A stretch of DNA of 60,200 nt, the filler included, from Circinaria calcarea (Eukaryota), in NCBI GenBank assembly GCA_051942165.1. It is 9 parts of 9 records of this genome, joined end to end, with 100 filler letters (N's around TTAATTAATTAA, not from the genome) between each part and the next. Parts side by side here need not be neighbours in the genome. Positions count along the whole stretch, not along the records: positions 20,118 to 26,720 come from JAVECS010001541.1; positions 26,821 to 33,423 come from JAVECS010001542.1; positions 33,524 to 40,120 come from JAVECS010001543.1; 6 more parts are not named here. One strand, 5' to 3'. Positions 25,032 through 37,275 of the stretch are shown here, one piece after another. Under the pieces are notes generated by a model. It saw nothing but the letters and a program-made list of their open reading frames with translations. It ran no database searches and was not told where the DNA came from. The translations under genes and the position numbers were made by a program. Numbering within the stretch: the stretch's first letter is position 1; the number at the start of each line of letters is the position of its first letter.

Positions 25032-26672
25032 TTAGACGTTCCCTGTCTCCCTTGATTTGAACTCGATAACCGGTCCATAGACTTTAGACACAAACTTGTC
25101 CACAGTCTGGCAATCTCTCCGCTTTAGTAAATCGATAGAATGAAGTTCTCCGCTAGCTGAATCATGTGTGGCCCAGCGGATGTCGTATAACCACACTAAA
25201 TTTGCAAGCACTATAGTCATCTCCAAATAAGCCATTCCTTTGCCAATGCAGCTGCGAGGCCCCAAGCTAAACGGACAGAAAGCCGATTTAGCAAGATCAA
25301 TGCTTTCCTGGGTGACATCACCTTCCAAAATCCATCGCGATGGGTTGTAGCTGAATGAACCCTGGAAATACGCCTCGCTATGGTGTATAGCGTAATGAGG
25401 GGTTCCGATATCCGTGCGTGCAGGAAAGTAGTGTCCTTCAATATGGATCCCGCCAGGAAGAACCTCACGAGGCATCAAGCCTCCTACTGGAGGAGAGAGT
25501 CGAAGAGATTCGTCAATGCACGCTCGAAGATACTGACACTTACGTAGTTTCTCGGAGGCTCTGACCTCGTAGAGATCGTAAAAGGTAAGACGGATCTCGG
25601 TGGTCAATCTCTTCAGAGTATATGGGTTATTGAGCAGATGGAAAATAGTATTGGCAAGCGCACTAGCGGTTGAGTCTGAACCTAAAAAGTTTTACTAATA
25701 AGCACATCGGAATAATTACAAAAGGGAATTCATTTACCTGCAACAATGAGAAGACTGCTCTCGCTCACCAATTCAGGCAAGGAAAAAGCTTCATGTTCTG
25801 CGTGATTGCTGCCTTCGGATAAGAGACTGAAGACGTCCCGGGCCTCTGTGGGTCCTTTGGTGCCTCTACTTTCTAAGCACTTCTGCGCTTGCAGCTGGCT
25901 GTAAGCTTTGTAGCTTTGTAGCCCCTGGACTAACCTGGGGAACACGAGATTATGAAGCCGAAAATAAAGGAGCCCAGGCATGTGCCCTACCTATGGAGAA
26001 TTCAGTATAGCAACATAATATTAGAGGTTTTGATATTGACGAACAATATTTAGAGCCTGAACCCCATCAGATATAATCTCTGGAAAACGTCGTTTATCAA
26101 CATTCTTTACAGTATCGAAAGACTGTCCGAAACAGATGTCACCCATAATATCGAAAGATAGAGCGTTGAATAGTTCAGCGATGTCGATGCTCGTAGACCA
26201 GCTGGTATGAGATAGAGTGCCATTAGTTTTCCCAACCAACTGAGCTGATATTCGATCACAGAACTTTCTTATATTAAGAATAAGAGAGTCTTCCATAACC
26301 TCGAGTGCTCCCTTAGATAATGCTTGAGACAGGACACGTCGTTTTCGACTGTGTTGTTCTCGGTCGATAACACTTTCGGTGCTCGGAATCTGGAAGAAGT
26401 GGTTGAAGACACTATAGAAGCTCGACTTCTGGACATTTGCCTTTGGGCCGTAAATCTCTTTAAGAGCCGCCGAGGAGTTTACTGAGATTCGATTCGGCCC
26501 AAAGCGAACGATTGTACCTAAATCAATCAGTGTACACTGCTACAGATCAAGAGCTCCCTACTTCTTAGCAAGATGTATTACCATATCGCTGGTGAGCTCT
26601 GTAGAAGTCCAAGGAACGGTCTCCTCTCCATGCATGATATACAGAATACCAATCCGTAATACGTCCAAGAAT
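25032..26672 (-). CDS. Cytochrome P450; 5' end interrupted by a repeat/TE end
   Basis: ILGRITDWYSVYHAWRGD..HQRYG|TIVRFGPNRISVNS; SFDIMGDICFG; LIVAG|SDST; YLRACIDESLRLSPP; heme motif PFSLGPRSCIG. Confidence 0.93.
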
Positions 26673-26720
26673 CAGTGTTCTCAATACCCCACCCCACTTA
26701 CCCCGGGGTGGGGTGGGGTG
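26673..26720 (+). mobile_element. Putative hAT-type transposon/MITE terminus
   Basis: CAGTGTTCTCAA start (hAT-like TIR) followed by self-complementary ACCCCACCCCAC..GTGGGGTGGGGT. It abuts P450 coding sequence with no splice acceptor, and the contig breaks here. Confidence 0.55.
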
Positions 26721-26820
26721 NNNNNNNNNNNNNNNNNNNNNNNNNNNNNNNNNNNNNNNNNNNNTTAATTAATTAANNNNNNNNNNNNNNNNNNNNNNNN
26801 NNNNNNNNNNNNNNNNNNNN
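26721..26820. other. Artificial contig spacer
   Basis: N44-TTAATTAATTAA-N44. Confidence 0.99.
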
Positions 26821-27077
26821 GAGGGTGTAGGGACTGGAGGGGGTGGAAAAAGGAGGTGATTCGGGGAAAGTAGGGGAGAGGGAGAGGGAGAGGGAGAGAA
26901 GCAGTGGGCGCCGGAGGACGTGACGAAGGGAGGGTTGATGGAGTTGTGAGGGTGGTTTGAGGTGGGTGGCTTTGAAATGCGACATTGATGGTTTGCGGCG
27001 TTGGCGTTTACGCAGGAGTAAAGGGGATGCGGAAGAGCGTGGCTGGTAGATCTTGGGACGGTTTTCGGGATCCCCAT
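26821..27077 (-). CDS. Possible N-terminus of a Pro/Ser-rich protein, truncated
   Basis: ATG-initiated ORF open to the contig end; low complexity, no domain recognised. Confidence 0.3.
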
Positions 27078-27799
27078 GCCAAGGGGGTGGGCTTTATCGG
27101 AAACATTTAGAGCGCCACAGAGTCGTGGCCGGCTCCTTGAGGGGATGGACGTGAGGAAGGATTAGTGGGAGGGGTTTGGGAGATGTCCGGCACTTTATAG
27201 GATATACGAAGGGGGTTTCGATAACAGATTCATACCGTTCTCGCTAGAAATCTGACAGGATGTGTCGGTGCCAGCTTTGATATAGATTAGTTTGCGTGAC
27301 TGTTGGGCCTTTTTTTTTGGCTCAGGGAGATCCGTAGATATGGTTGGACCGGTAGACTTCAGCTGTGTGGTGATTGCGTGCTCTGAACTGCACTAGGGTG
27401 TCAAGGAGACCTATGTGGATTGCTTCTGTAGAGGGCCATAAAGCGTCGCAGAGTTTGAGACGATGGTTAAATTCCCCGAAAGGAAGGAAGGAAAAAAGAA
27501 AGAAAGGGTTTGAGTTTTGGTATGCAAAGGAGTACGAGTGACTTTGGCACTCTGACGCAAGAGATATAGACGGGGAGGATCATTATCATGCAGAGTTTTT
27601 TGTAAGCTGAACGACTCGTTCTTCGTGGTGACTAAGCTTGCGAATGGAGATAGTGATGATGTATTGTATGCGGATTCACTGGACGATAATAGTCATCTGG
27701 CATTTGGCTTAGTGTAGATAGCTTGAAAGAAGTTTAACCCCGTAACATGAGACTTATCCAGTTGCGCTGCCCTATGCTGCCACCAACATTTACCGGACC

Positions 27800-28762
27800 C
27801 TATTCCCGCCCTTGTTTTGGATACTGCTGTGCTTCGTTTTCTTTATCACTTGTTCTTCCCTTCTTCCGCTTGCCAGCTTTGCTAGTCTCCTCTTTCAATG
27901 CCTTCTTCTCCTTTCTCCCTTCCTTCGATTCGCGGTCTCTTTTTCGGCGCTGTTTTTCTGCCTTATGTGCTGTTCCGTCAGCCTCTTCTTTCAATTTGGT
28001 CTCCTCTGCGAATGAAATATTCCAGGGTTTGGACAGGATAGATTTTCGAAACTGGGAAAGCTCAGCCCATGCTTTGGCTTCGTCTGTTGTGTCCCTCATA
28101 ACGCCTGGTAGATGTAAAAATTTAGCAGTCGTTGACAGACCTTCTACCAGTACTTAGGAGACATCAGACGTTCTGGGATAGAGGTAAAAGACGGCATAGA
28201 AATTCATACTTATCCGTTCCAGAGTAATCTGCCTCTCCCCTCTAAACTCGCCGATCCCACCCTTGACCTTGACGACATTTCCGAGATCAATACCGCTCAT
28301 ATCAATTGTATTTCCTGTAATGGTGGTTCCAGTAGAGGAACCTCTTGATGATCCGTTCTCTCCAATGGCATCGCCGGTGATCGCATGAGGTCCCGTATCA
28401 ACGGGCGTAGGATTTCGAGGGCATGTGACCTCTATCGTAGCTCCACTGCTGTCATCGATGATGATTATCCACCGAAAGCGAGATTCCTCATAAGCAACGA
28501 TTACACCAACAAGCCGGATCCATTTGATCGGGTGATTGAGGTAGAAGTAGATGTTCTGTCCTACTATACCGTCAGCTAAATGCTTGCAGATATCGTAAAG
28601 TAGTGCAATATAAGGACTAGTAAGTGTACCTTCAAATCCTTTTCTCTTATTCAACCCATGTACATCTTTCGCGGTGAGCTTGACCCACGTATTGAAGGTC
28701 GAGGAAGCCGGAAAGCAGTAAGCTGGATAGAACTTCAAAGCGTCGGAGACTGACTTTGGCAT
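27800..28762 (-). CDS. STN1: Telomere-capping CST complex subunit Stn1 (OB fold)
   Basis: FYPAYCF..S.TFNTWVKLTA.DV; GQNIYFYLNHPIKWIRLVGVIVA; IDDSSGATIEV; GNVVKVKGGIGEFRGERQITLERI; DTTDEAKAW..LSKPW. Two introns. Confidence 0.88.
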
Positions 28763-29358
28763 AGCATCTTTAGCAACTCATATGGATCCAATTCCTGGAA
28801 ATCTAACAGAAACAGGGGCTGATTAAACGCAATTACAGCCCAAAAAGATAAAGAACATAGAAATAGTTGGTGGATTGCCTGAGAGCGATACTGCCGCGGC
28901 TTTCTCAAGCAGAATCGCAGATTATGATAAGGCAGGGAGAGGGTCCCGGGGCCTTTCGGCAATCCATCACCAACCCACACACTTCAAAAATCAAACCAGC
29001 TACGATGACAGAGTGTTGTGTCATTTTTGGAGTCATGTCAGGTCTGCCAACTCCATTCTCTCATATGGCAGAGTGTAAAGCGGAGCCAAGCACAAGTTTG
29101 TTCAATCTCATGTCAAACATCCTATGAATGTCTGCAATCAGTCAGCGGTTATCGGAGGGAGATCTACTGAAAACATGTCTGGACTGCAACAATCAGAAGT
29201 TCTCAGATCCGGACATCTCATCTTCCTGTACGAACAGCTGGCATTTTTCTAGCAGCATGGGCTATTTTAATGCGTCTTCAGCCATACTCTTCGCCCTTCT
29301 CCTTTATTGCTCTTACTATTCTACCCCTATACTGTGGAGTGCTGCAGTTGCCCTCACC

Positions 29359-30018
29359 ATGTCGTTCAGCTCCATCACATCCTTGCTCTTTCCTTACACT
29401 TTTCTCGTTTTACTTTTTCTCCTACTTTCTCCCCATCCCACCACCGCCTCTACCTACTACATCTCATTCTCTCCTGCAATTTACATCGCCGACAATAGCA
29501 ATTCCAACCCCACAGCTCCCGTTGCTCCCGCTCAAAGACCTTCATCCTCAACAACCTCACCGCCAGCCCCTCCCTCATCTACCACTAATTCTTACAATTC
29601 TTCCCCATCCTACCCATACAACCCTCAAACGCCTTCTCCATCTCCCCAAGCCCAACCAGCCGCCGCTACACTACTAAATTTAGATCCGGCGCCTTCTGGC
29701 CTCCCATTCACCCTTCTTCCTCCCTCCTCGGCTCCGATAAACTATGATCCCGCAACCCCTCTAACCGGTGAATCTACCGTGTCCTGCGCCACGATAGGCG
29801 AGCCCTGGTGGGTATGCACTTCAACACAACGCTGCGCATTCGATGAGGCTGGCGATGTGGCATGCTGTCCGGTTGGACAGTTTTGTCGTGGGGTTGTGAG
29901 CTATGGGGCTGGGGCTGGGCCAATGCAGGCAGGACGTACATCTGAAGGAGAGAAGAGGAGTGGGAGGGAGTGCATGTGGGCGGTAGCGGGAGTGCTTGGT
30001 TGGGTAATTCTGGGCTAG
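29359..30018 (+). CDS. Secreted, probably GPI-anchored Ser/Pro-rich protein with a small Cys-rich domain
   Basis: Hydrophobic N-terminus (MSFSS..LVLLFLLLSPHPTTA), S/P/T-rich linker, CATIG..VC...RCAFDEAGDVACCPVGQFCRG, hydrophobic C-terminus WAVAGVLGWVILG. Confidence 0.65.
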   Translation: MSFSSITSLLFPYTFLVLLFLLLSPHPTTASTYYISFSPAIYIADNSNSNPTAPVAPAQRPSSSTTSPPAPPSSTTNSYNSSPSYPYNPQTPSPSPQAQPAAATLLNLDPAPSGLPFTLLPPSSAPINYDPATPLTGESTVSCATIGEPWWVCTSTQRCAFDEAGDVACCPVGQFCRGVVSYGAGAGPMQAGRTSEGEKRSGRECMWAVAGVLGWVILG

Positions 30019-31087
30019 GGCTGGACAGCAGGGACTTTTTTTATTATTTCATGCCAGCAGGATGTGTCGCCCATGTGAGGGAGTCCAGAGGCTTATGGGT
30101 GTGACCATGGGATTACAGGGAATCGCGGATTGCAGGGAGTGTCTACACCTCTATCCAGCTGTTTGCCCATGTTGCTGCAATATCGGGTCTGATAAGGGTC
30201 TAATAAGTGACTATAATTTGAACATGGACAAGGCAGATGATTAGACGATACACCACGAGCGTGAAAAGTTCGCTGACACAGCCTCCTGACCCCTCTAAAA
30301 ATGGCTGGCTGGGTCGACAGAACCTGATAGATTTCTTTTCGTGGCAGTTCTAAAGCAGATCTGTTTCCAAAATCATCATTCATGTCGCATGAATTAGAAA
30401 CATATACGTAACAGCAAAGACTGTTTTTAGGTAATAATACTCCGTAGATCCCAACAGCTCCTCGTACATGACAGCAAAGGCCGGCACACCCCGTGATCAT
30501 GCAGCAAGGTCACAGAAAAGAGGTTACCGTAGTTGTAGAGAGTGGGAGAGTGGCTACACTACCATACCACACAGGTCCATCCCGCCCGGCGTAATAATAA
30601 AGAAACGGCGCTAGCACAAGACAGAAATTCAAGCCAGTTGACACTGTTCCGGAAATTTTCTTTTAGAAAGCAAGTCGATACCTCATCCTCCTTGTTGTGG
30701 ACCTGCCTAAAGTCTGCATACCTTTGCCCCCTCCCCTACTAGAAAACCTCGTAACCGTATCAAAAAAATTTGAAAAACACACGAAAAACCGTACAGTGTG
30801 AGGAGTAAGCACTGCCTCACTGATATCAGAATAATTTCAGGCGCCAGACAACCTCCAAGCTCGCGCGTGGTCCTGGGTCTCTCACATCAAACGTTTTCTT
30901 TAAGCCATCAACAAGGACGGTTGCGGTTACAGAGACACAAGTTCTGACTGATTCTTTCATCCAGCTTCTACACTAACCTTGGTGGGTTCTTAGACGTCCT
31001 TTGTGTTGACTTGCACATTCTAGAAGAAAGCCAGCACAGAGTATAGAATACCAAGCTGACGTCCAACGATATCACAGATTCATCACC

Positions 31088-33423
31088 ATGTCTTCCGAAC
31101 CTGCTGCAACCAGTGCGGCGTCCCCGTCCCTAGAGAAATTATCCCTTGAAGACAAGCCTACGTCTCCTACCGATGCAGCTGCTGTCAATGGAACTACCAT
31201 CAATACCAACGTCAGCTCTGCCCCAGCTTCAAGCGACCCTGACAATGTTCAAACACCCAACTCTGCAGCACCTGGTGGTTCCAACCAGCCCCACTCCGCT
31301 TCTCTGTACGTTGGAGAGCTAGATCCTGCAGTCACCGAGGCGATGCTCTTCGAACTATTTTCTTCGATGGGACAAGTGGCATCGATTCGTGTGTGCCGTG
31401 ACGCCGTTACTCGTCGCTCTCTTGGGTACGCTTACGTGAACTACAACAACACCGCAGATGGAGAACATGCATTGGAGGAGCTCAATTACACTGTGATCAA
31501 GGGTCGCCCTTGCCGTATCATGTGGTCTCAGCGCGATCCCGCTCTTCGCAAGACTGGCCAAGGAAACGTCTTCATCAAGAACCTAGATACTGCCATTGAT
31601 AACAAAGCTTTGCACGACACATTTGCAGCATTCGGGAACATTTTGAGCTGTAAGGTTGCTCAAGACGAATTTGGTAATTCGAAAGGCTATGGCTTTGTGC
31701 ACTATGAGACTGGGGAATCAGCCACTCAAGCAATCAAGCACGTGAACGGTATGCTTCTTAACGAGAAGAAGGTCTTTGTCGGGCACCACGTTGCGAGAAA
31801 AGACCGTGAGAGCAAGTTCGAGGAAATGAAGGCCAATTTTACCAACATCTACGTCAAGAACATAGAGCCCGATGTGACGGACGAGGAGTTCCGAGCTTTG
31901 TTTGAAAAATATGGCGAAATCACCTCTGCATCCATCACTAGGGACTCAGAGACAGGCAAGAGCCGTGGGTTTGGATTCGTCAATTACGTCAACCACGAGA
32001 ATGCAGCTACTGCCGTTGAAGCTTTGCACGACAAAGATTTCAAGGGGCAGGTACTTTACGTAGGTCGCGCACAAAAGAAGTATGAGAGGGAAGAAGAGCT
32101 ACGAAAGCAGCATGAGGCAGCTCGTGTAGAGAAGGCTTCTAAGTATCAAGGTGTCAACCTGTATGTTAAGAATCTCCATGACGATATTGATGACGAGAAG
32201 CTCCGTGATATCTTTGCTGGCGCGGGTACTATTACTTCTGCCAAGGTCATGCGTGATACAGGGACTGAACGTAGCGAATCGCCAGATAAGGAGACAGACA
32301 AGGAGAATAAGAAAATTTCTAGCAAAGAGACCAGCGAGGAGGATGACGGGAACAAAGCTGGGGACAAGGAGGACAGCGTCAAGAAAGAGACAGAGAAGCC
32401 AGCGAAGAAGACTCTTGGAAAGAGCAAAGGTTTTGGTTTTGTCTGCTTCAGTAATGCTGACGAAGCTACTAAAGCTGTCACGGAGTTGAATGGGAGGATG
32501 ATTAAAGATAAGCCACTCTATGTCGCCTTGGCTCAGCGTAAAGATGTTCGCAAGAACGCTGTAGGTATTCAGTCTCCAACCCATTTGTCAGGATACTAAC
32601 GTTGGGTTTCAGTTGGAACAGAGCATACAAGCTCGCAACCAGGTCCGTGCACAGCAAGCTGCAGCTGCAGCTGGTATGCCGCAACAGGTATGACACACTT
32701 ATCAACTCAACGCTTGTAGAAAGCTTGGCTAACACATGTATAGCCGTTTATGCAGCCTGCTATGTTCTTCGGGCCAGGTCAGCAGCCAGGCTTTATGCCA
32801 CCTAATGCTGCTGCTGGTCGGGCCGGATTACCTTTTGCGGCTCAGCAGGTAATGATACCTGGGATGCAACCCGGACGAGCTGGTCAATTCCCTGGCATGT
32901 CGGCTCAGCAAGCTGGTCGTGGTGGGCCGAACGGCGCTCAACAGATTCCATCAAATGCTTTCAGTATGGCTGGTCAGGCACTTCCCTTTGGGGCGATACC
33001 TCAGGGTGGTCCCGCCGTCTTCCCTAACAACATGGCCTTTAATCAGGCAATGGCTCAAGTATCACAACAGTTTGGTAGAGGCGGACCGGCTGGCCGTGGG
33101 CAGATGCAAGGCATGCAGGGTATGCAAGGTATACCTCCGCAGATGTTGGGTGCCCAGGTTATGCGCGGTAGGGACGGTCGTCCCCAGTATCCTACTCAAC
33201 AAGGCCGTGGAGGTGTCGGGATGGGAATACCACCAGCGCAAATGGGTGGTTTCCCTCAACAAAGTCGTGGTCCAATGGCTCCATCCATGGGCCCGGGAGC
33301 TACGGTACCACCGAGTGCAGCTGGCGGTGCAATGAATCTCCCAAACCTTGAAGCATTGACGTCCGCGCCCCCTCATCAACAGAAGCAATTGCTCGGTGAA
33401 GCCCTGTACCCCAAGATTCAAAA
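31088..33423 (+). CDS. PAB1: Poly(A)-binding protein, 3' truncated in the PABC domain
   Basis: Four RRMs ([56 protein letters not shown]), a Q/G/M-rich linker, and PABC start [15 protein letters not shown]. Introns about 32560..32611 and 32688..32743. Confidence 0.98.
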
Positions 33424-33523
33424 NNNNNNNNNNNNNNNNNNNNNNNNNNNNNNNNNNNNNNNNNNNNTTAATTAATTAANNNNNNNNNNNNNNNNNNNNN
33501 NNNNNNNNNNNNNNNNNNNNNNN
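33424..33523. other. Artificial contig spacer
   Basis: N44-TTAATTAATTAA-N44. Confidence 0.99.
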
Positions 33524-35010
33524 ATCATGCGAGGACTCATGAAGCCAATGCATTTCCCGCAAGTACAGCCGTATCTGATCCTTGAGACCTCGTCCATGGG
33601 CGGATTGGTTAGCCCTTTCATCTTCACAAGACATTTTACCTCATCGTGGTAATAACCTTGAAAGTTGTCAGAGATATGTACAGTCAACATCCTCCAATCC
33701 AGTTTCACCCTTTTGGATTCAAGTGCTGATTGTAAGGCCTCGAGTGCGGTTTCTCCGTCATCATTTCGGTTGGCTAATAGACTTGTAATGAAGGGCTTGT
33801 CTAGCATCCACATAAGGGTGTTCGATTTGGCAGCTTGTGCTGCTCGATGAAGGATAGTATTCCGATATCGGTCAACGCTACGCCAGGAGAGATCTGTAGA
33901 GGCGTGAATAGTAAGATGTTCGCCTAGGAATGTTACAACAGCCGCGTCCTCGAGCTCAGACACGGTATCGTGTATTGGGAGAGTCGGGACTATCGGTACC
34001 CCATCAGGAATGTTGTAATCTTCTTGGATACTGAGACTGTGTGCTGAATGATTGGGGTCTTCCATTAGGCAAAGCCATTCCGATGAACCAATTCGACGAA
34101 ACCCCAAAGCCCTCCAGAATGCCACATTGGCCGCTACAATTCCACTATAGTGCTTGTAGCGATCATCTTTGGACATATCTTTTGTCTTTTCTTCGTCATC
34201 TCTTGTGTTGAGGTTAGTACCCCAAGCTAGGGCAAACTTACAGCCTTTGGCTTTGGCCTCTTGCCAAAGTTCTTCGACAAGCTTCCTAGCAATGCCCTGC
34301 CTCCTGAAGTCTTCTTTGACTGAGAGATATTCGATCTCCAAAAACTTTCCGCGATCCAGTTCATTTCCCCAGACGCCAGAGCCTCTCTTAACGCAATGAT
34401 GTTGCAGCTCAGACTTCAGACAGCCCCAGCGGTCGAACAAGGTAAAAGCAAGCGCTGATAGCTCTTGAGCGGGCTCTTCCATTTCCGTATAGAAGTTATC
34501 CCTGATAGGACCTCGATCAATGACGAAAGTGTTGCACCAAGCGACATCCTGCTCCTTCCCATCATCCAGAACCCGTTTAGAAGTAGACCTTAGTGTTTCT
34601 AACCAGGGCCATTCGGCAAACTCGTCAAAGTGGTCATCTTCGTTCTCGTCGCTATCAAGCCCTTCAAGGTTCAAGCTGCGCTCGTCGTCCATCTCATGAC
34701 TCTCTGAATCCTCCGGATCCTCCATTTCGTCACTATCATTCTCTTCGTCATCATCAATCTCATCTTCGTCATTGCGGTCCTTTATACGGTCATCTTCGTC
34801 ACTGTCATAGGAGGCTGCCTTTCTTTTCTTGCTGATCCTAGGCGAGTCTATATTATCTTCCTCGCTGGCGTGAGATGCCACTTTCCTCTTTTTGGGACTC
34901 AAGCACTGCACTTCTCCATCCGCTTCGTTATCTTCGTGGGAGGCTCGATTGGTTTGGGCAATTGTTTCTTGACCAACAAGACTGGGATTGGTAGTCTCTA
35001 TTCCGTCCAT
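33524..35010 (-). CDS. GNAT acetyltransferase-like + ankyrin-repeat protein with acidic N-terminus and NLS-like motifs, 3' truncated
   Basis: GNAT motif A IEYLSVKEDFRRQGIARKLV and motif B FWRALGFRRIG; ankyrin DRYRNTILHRAA..NDDGETALE; YGCTCGKC; PKKRKV. Likely start M at 35010. Confidence 0.8.
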
Positions 35011-35721
35011 GTCTTCTTTCTTAACCTTGTAACCGAAGAATGTAGAGTGATATCTTGACGCGAACAACTTCTTGCAGAGTGAGCTTGAGGAGGTAGTGAG
35101 GTGAGAAAGAGGTGTGCCACTGATTGATCTTAATAAGAAAGCACAAGTGGACGTTTTTGAGTGGATATTCGATACACTTCGGATAATAAAGAAATATGGA
35201 ACTGGGGAGTAAAGTTGCAGGAGTGGGTCGATATTTAAGGTGTGAAAGTTCATAACGGGTAGCAGCAGAATGTTTAGCCGGGGTGCGGGCTAAACCTACT
35301 AACTCTTAGCCAATCAGCGTACGTCACTTCAGATTATCGTGGGACTCGACAATTTACGAAATTATCGTAACGAGCTAGAAACATGCATACCGAGCATAGT
35401 AGCGGTTATGCAGTTGGGTTGGGAGTGCATTGAGAGAGTATGAAACGTATAAGGTGACAATCTGTCTTCTCTAATGCCAAGCACAGAGTGCATCAATTTC
35501 CCGAGCTGTCGAGTGGCTACCATGGAGAGGTAATATGAAGGAGTACTATGATAAGAATCAGATAAACTTAGCACGCTGATTATACATCATCGCGGGGTCT
35601 GAATTCGAACGCCCGCTAAAGTAACAGCAAGATAGAACATGCTCAAAGGGCTGTTGAAAACCAAGGCAAACGCCTAACCTGTAACCTCCCACTGCTGTTC
35701 AGTCCAACCCCTTCGATCATC

Positions 35722-36305
35722 CTATATGCCCTTCACAACCATAGTCCTTTCCGAATTCAACTTTATCGCATTCCTCTCATGACTTTCTTTTTTGCAGTCC
35801 TCGAGGCCGCTGCACTTGTGATCTTCGAGCATACGATGCTTGCCACAGAAATGGCCCGAACAAAACCCGCAGTCTCCGACGATGCGCTGTGCCGGATCCT
35901 TGCAGTCTTTGAATGTGCAACGAACCTTCTTGGGTGGCATGCCGCCCAGGATAGGTAGTGACAGGGTGAGGGTCGAGTTTGGGAGGATGTTGAGCGAAGA
36001 CAACGTCGGATCCGGAGAAGACGACGAACTTGCTAGATGACGGCCGACGTGGGTGATGCGAAGAGAGGAAGCCGGAAGGGATGTGCGGAGAGAGAGAAGG
36101 TGGCGGAGAGTGGTGATAGAAGTTGACGGGGGAACGGAGAGGGGGATGACTGCATAAGGTAAGCCAGCTGATGCGAGATAAGGGCGTTTAATTAAGTAGA
36201 GAACTTACTTTCGCCAGAGAGTAGTTTGACGAAGATGGAGAGATTCTCTTCCTGTTCAAAGATCGAGCGCACGGAGGCGTCAGACGAGGATCGTGATGAG
36301 CGCAT
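35722..36305 (-). CDS. Ubiquitin-like domain + AN1 zinc finger protein (Tmc1/Cuz1/ZFAND-like)
   Basis: Spliced (intron about 36151..36207): LSIFVKLLSGE|IIPLSV..LRITHVGRHL..TLSSLNILPNSTLTLSLPILGG-MPPKKVRC..C..CGFC..HFCGKHRMLEDHKC. Confidence 0.9.
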
Positions 36306-36540
36306 GACAAGGGGGTAGGGTCTCTGATATGAAAGCCGGTTTAGGGAAGGGAGGGGATGTAGCTTTATTGTGTATGGTCGAAGCTTGTGTATGGAAGAGA
36401 GGCTATCAAAGAATGTTGTGTCGCTGGTTCAGGATGTAGTTGTAGAGAAAAAGAGTGTTGGAGGAGGGTTTTGTGTCCAGAATCAGGTTGCAGCTGCAGC
36501 ACTCACGATGGCGAAAGAAGAGGTCATCGAGCCAAGGACG

Positions 36541-36549
36541 TTTGCCACC
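36541..36549 (-). promoter_or_regulatory. PACE / Rpn4 site GGTGGCAAA
   Basis: Plus-strand TTTGCCACC is an exact PACE, about 235 bp upstream of the Ubl-AN1 gene. Confidence 0.7.
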
Positions 36550-37275
36550 ACCCCCGGCGCTGAGATTAGTGGTGAGATTGCCTAGTGAAGTGGCTTCACC
36601 GGGAATCTGGCCTCTTTTTGCCTCTTCCGGTGCTTAGCGAGCTCTTGACCGGGTCACGTTCTTTATTTTACTTTGCATCTTCTCGACCTCCTGGAAATTG
36701 CTCGACCCGTCGCATTAGGCAGGTACTTTATGCACCGTCAGATTGTCCAATAATCGGAGCATTGGCAACAATATCAGAGCTCGATACTTACCATGGGACG
36801 GAGTAAATGGCGGGTGGAAGGATCCCAGCAGCAGTCGGCGGGGCCGAGTAAAGGAATCGAGTAAACGGACTTGGTTCTAGACCGGAGTCGTATGTGTGCG
36901 CTCGTGTGATGTGACTACCGCTTGCATGAGGTACCTTACACAGTACCCTCGTATGATGCAGCATGGATGTGTTGAGGAACTTTGAGGATTCCTCCATGTT
37001 CCTCGATCAACAACAGTTGGGAGCTATCCTAGAAAAGCCATCTTCAACACATCAAAAGTCTGCGTGTTTGAAGGCTCACCTTGAGATTTGTGGGGACTCC
37101 TCTAAGCGATTCTGTATCACTCGAATACTTCCGGTCCGGTAGCTGAAGAAAACGAAGCCCAAAGTGGTTAGACATCTTTACTCCTCAACTTCCAGCCTTC
37201 ACACCTCGAGCTCGATGCTCAACCAAAATTCTCCAATTCACTTTCCAGGCGTGAGAAGTTACGCATATATCAACA

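Noticed and set aside
30791..30840. Possible nested (stwintron) donor in the PAB1 leader
   Set aside because: Removing the inner unit does not create a convincing donor, and the inner unit is too short.
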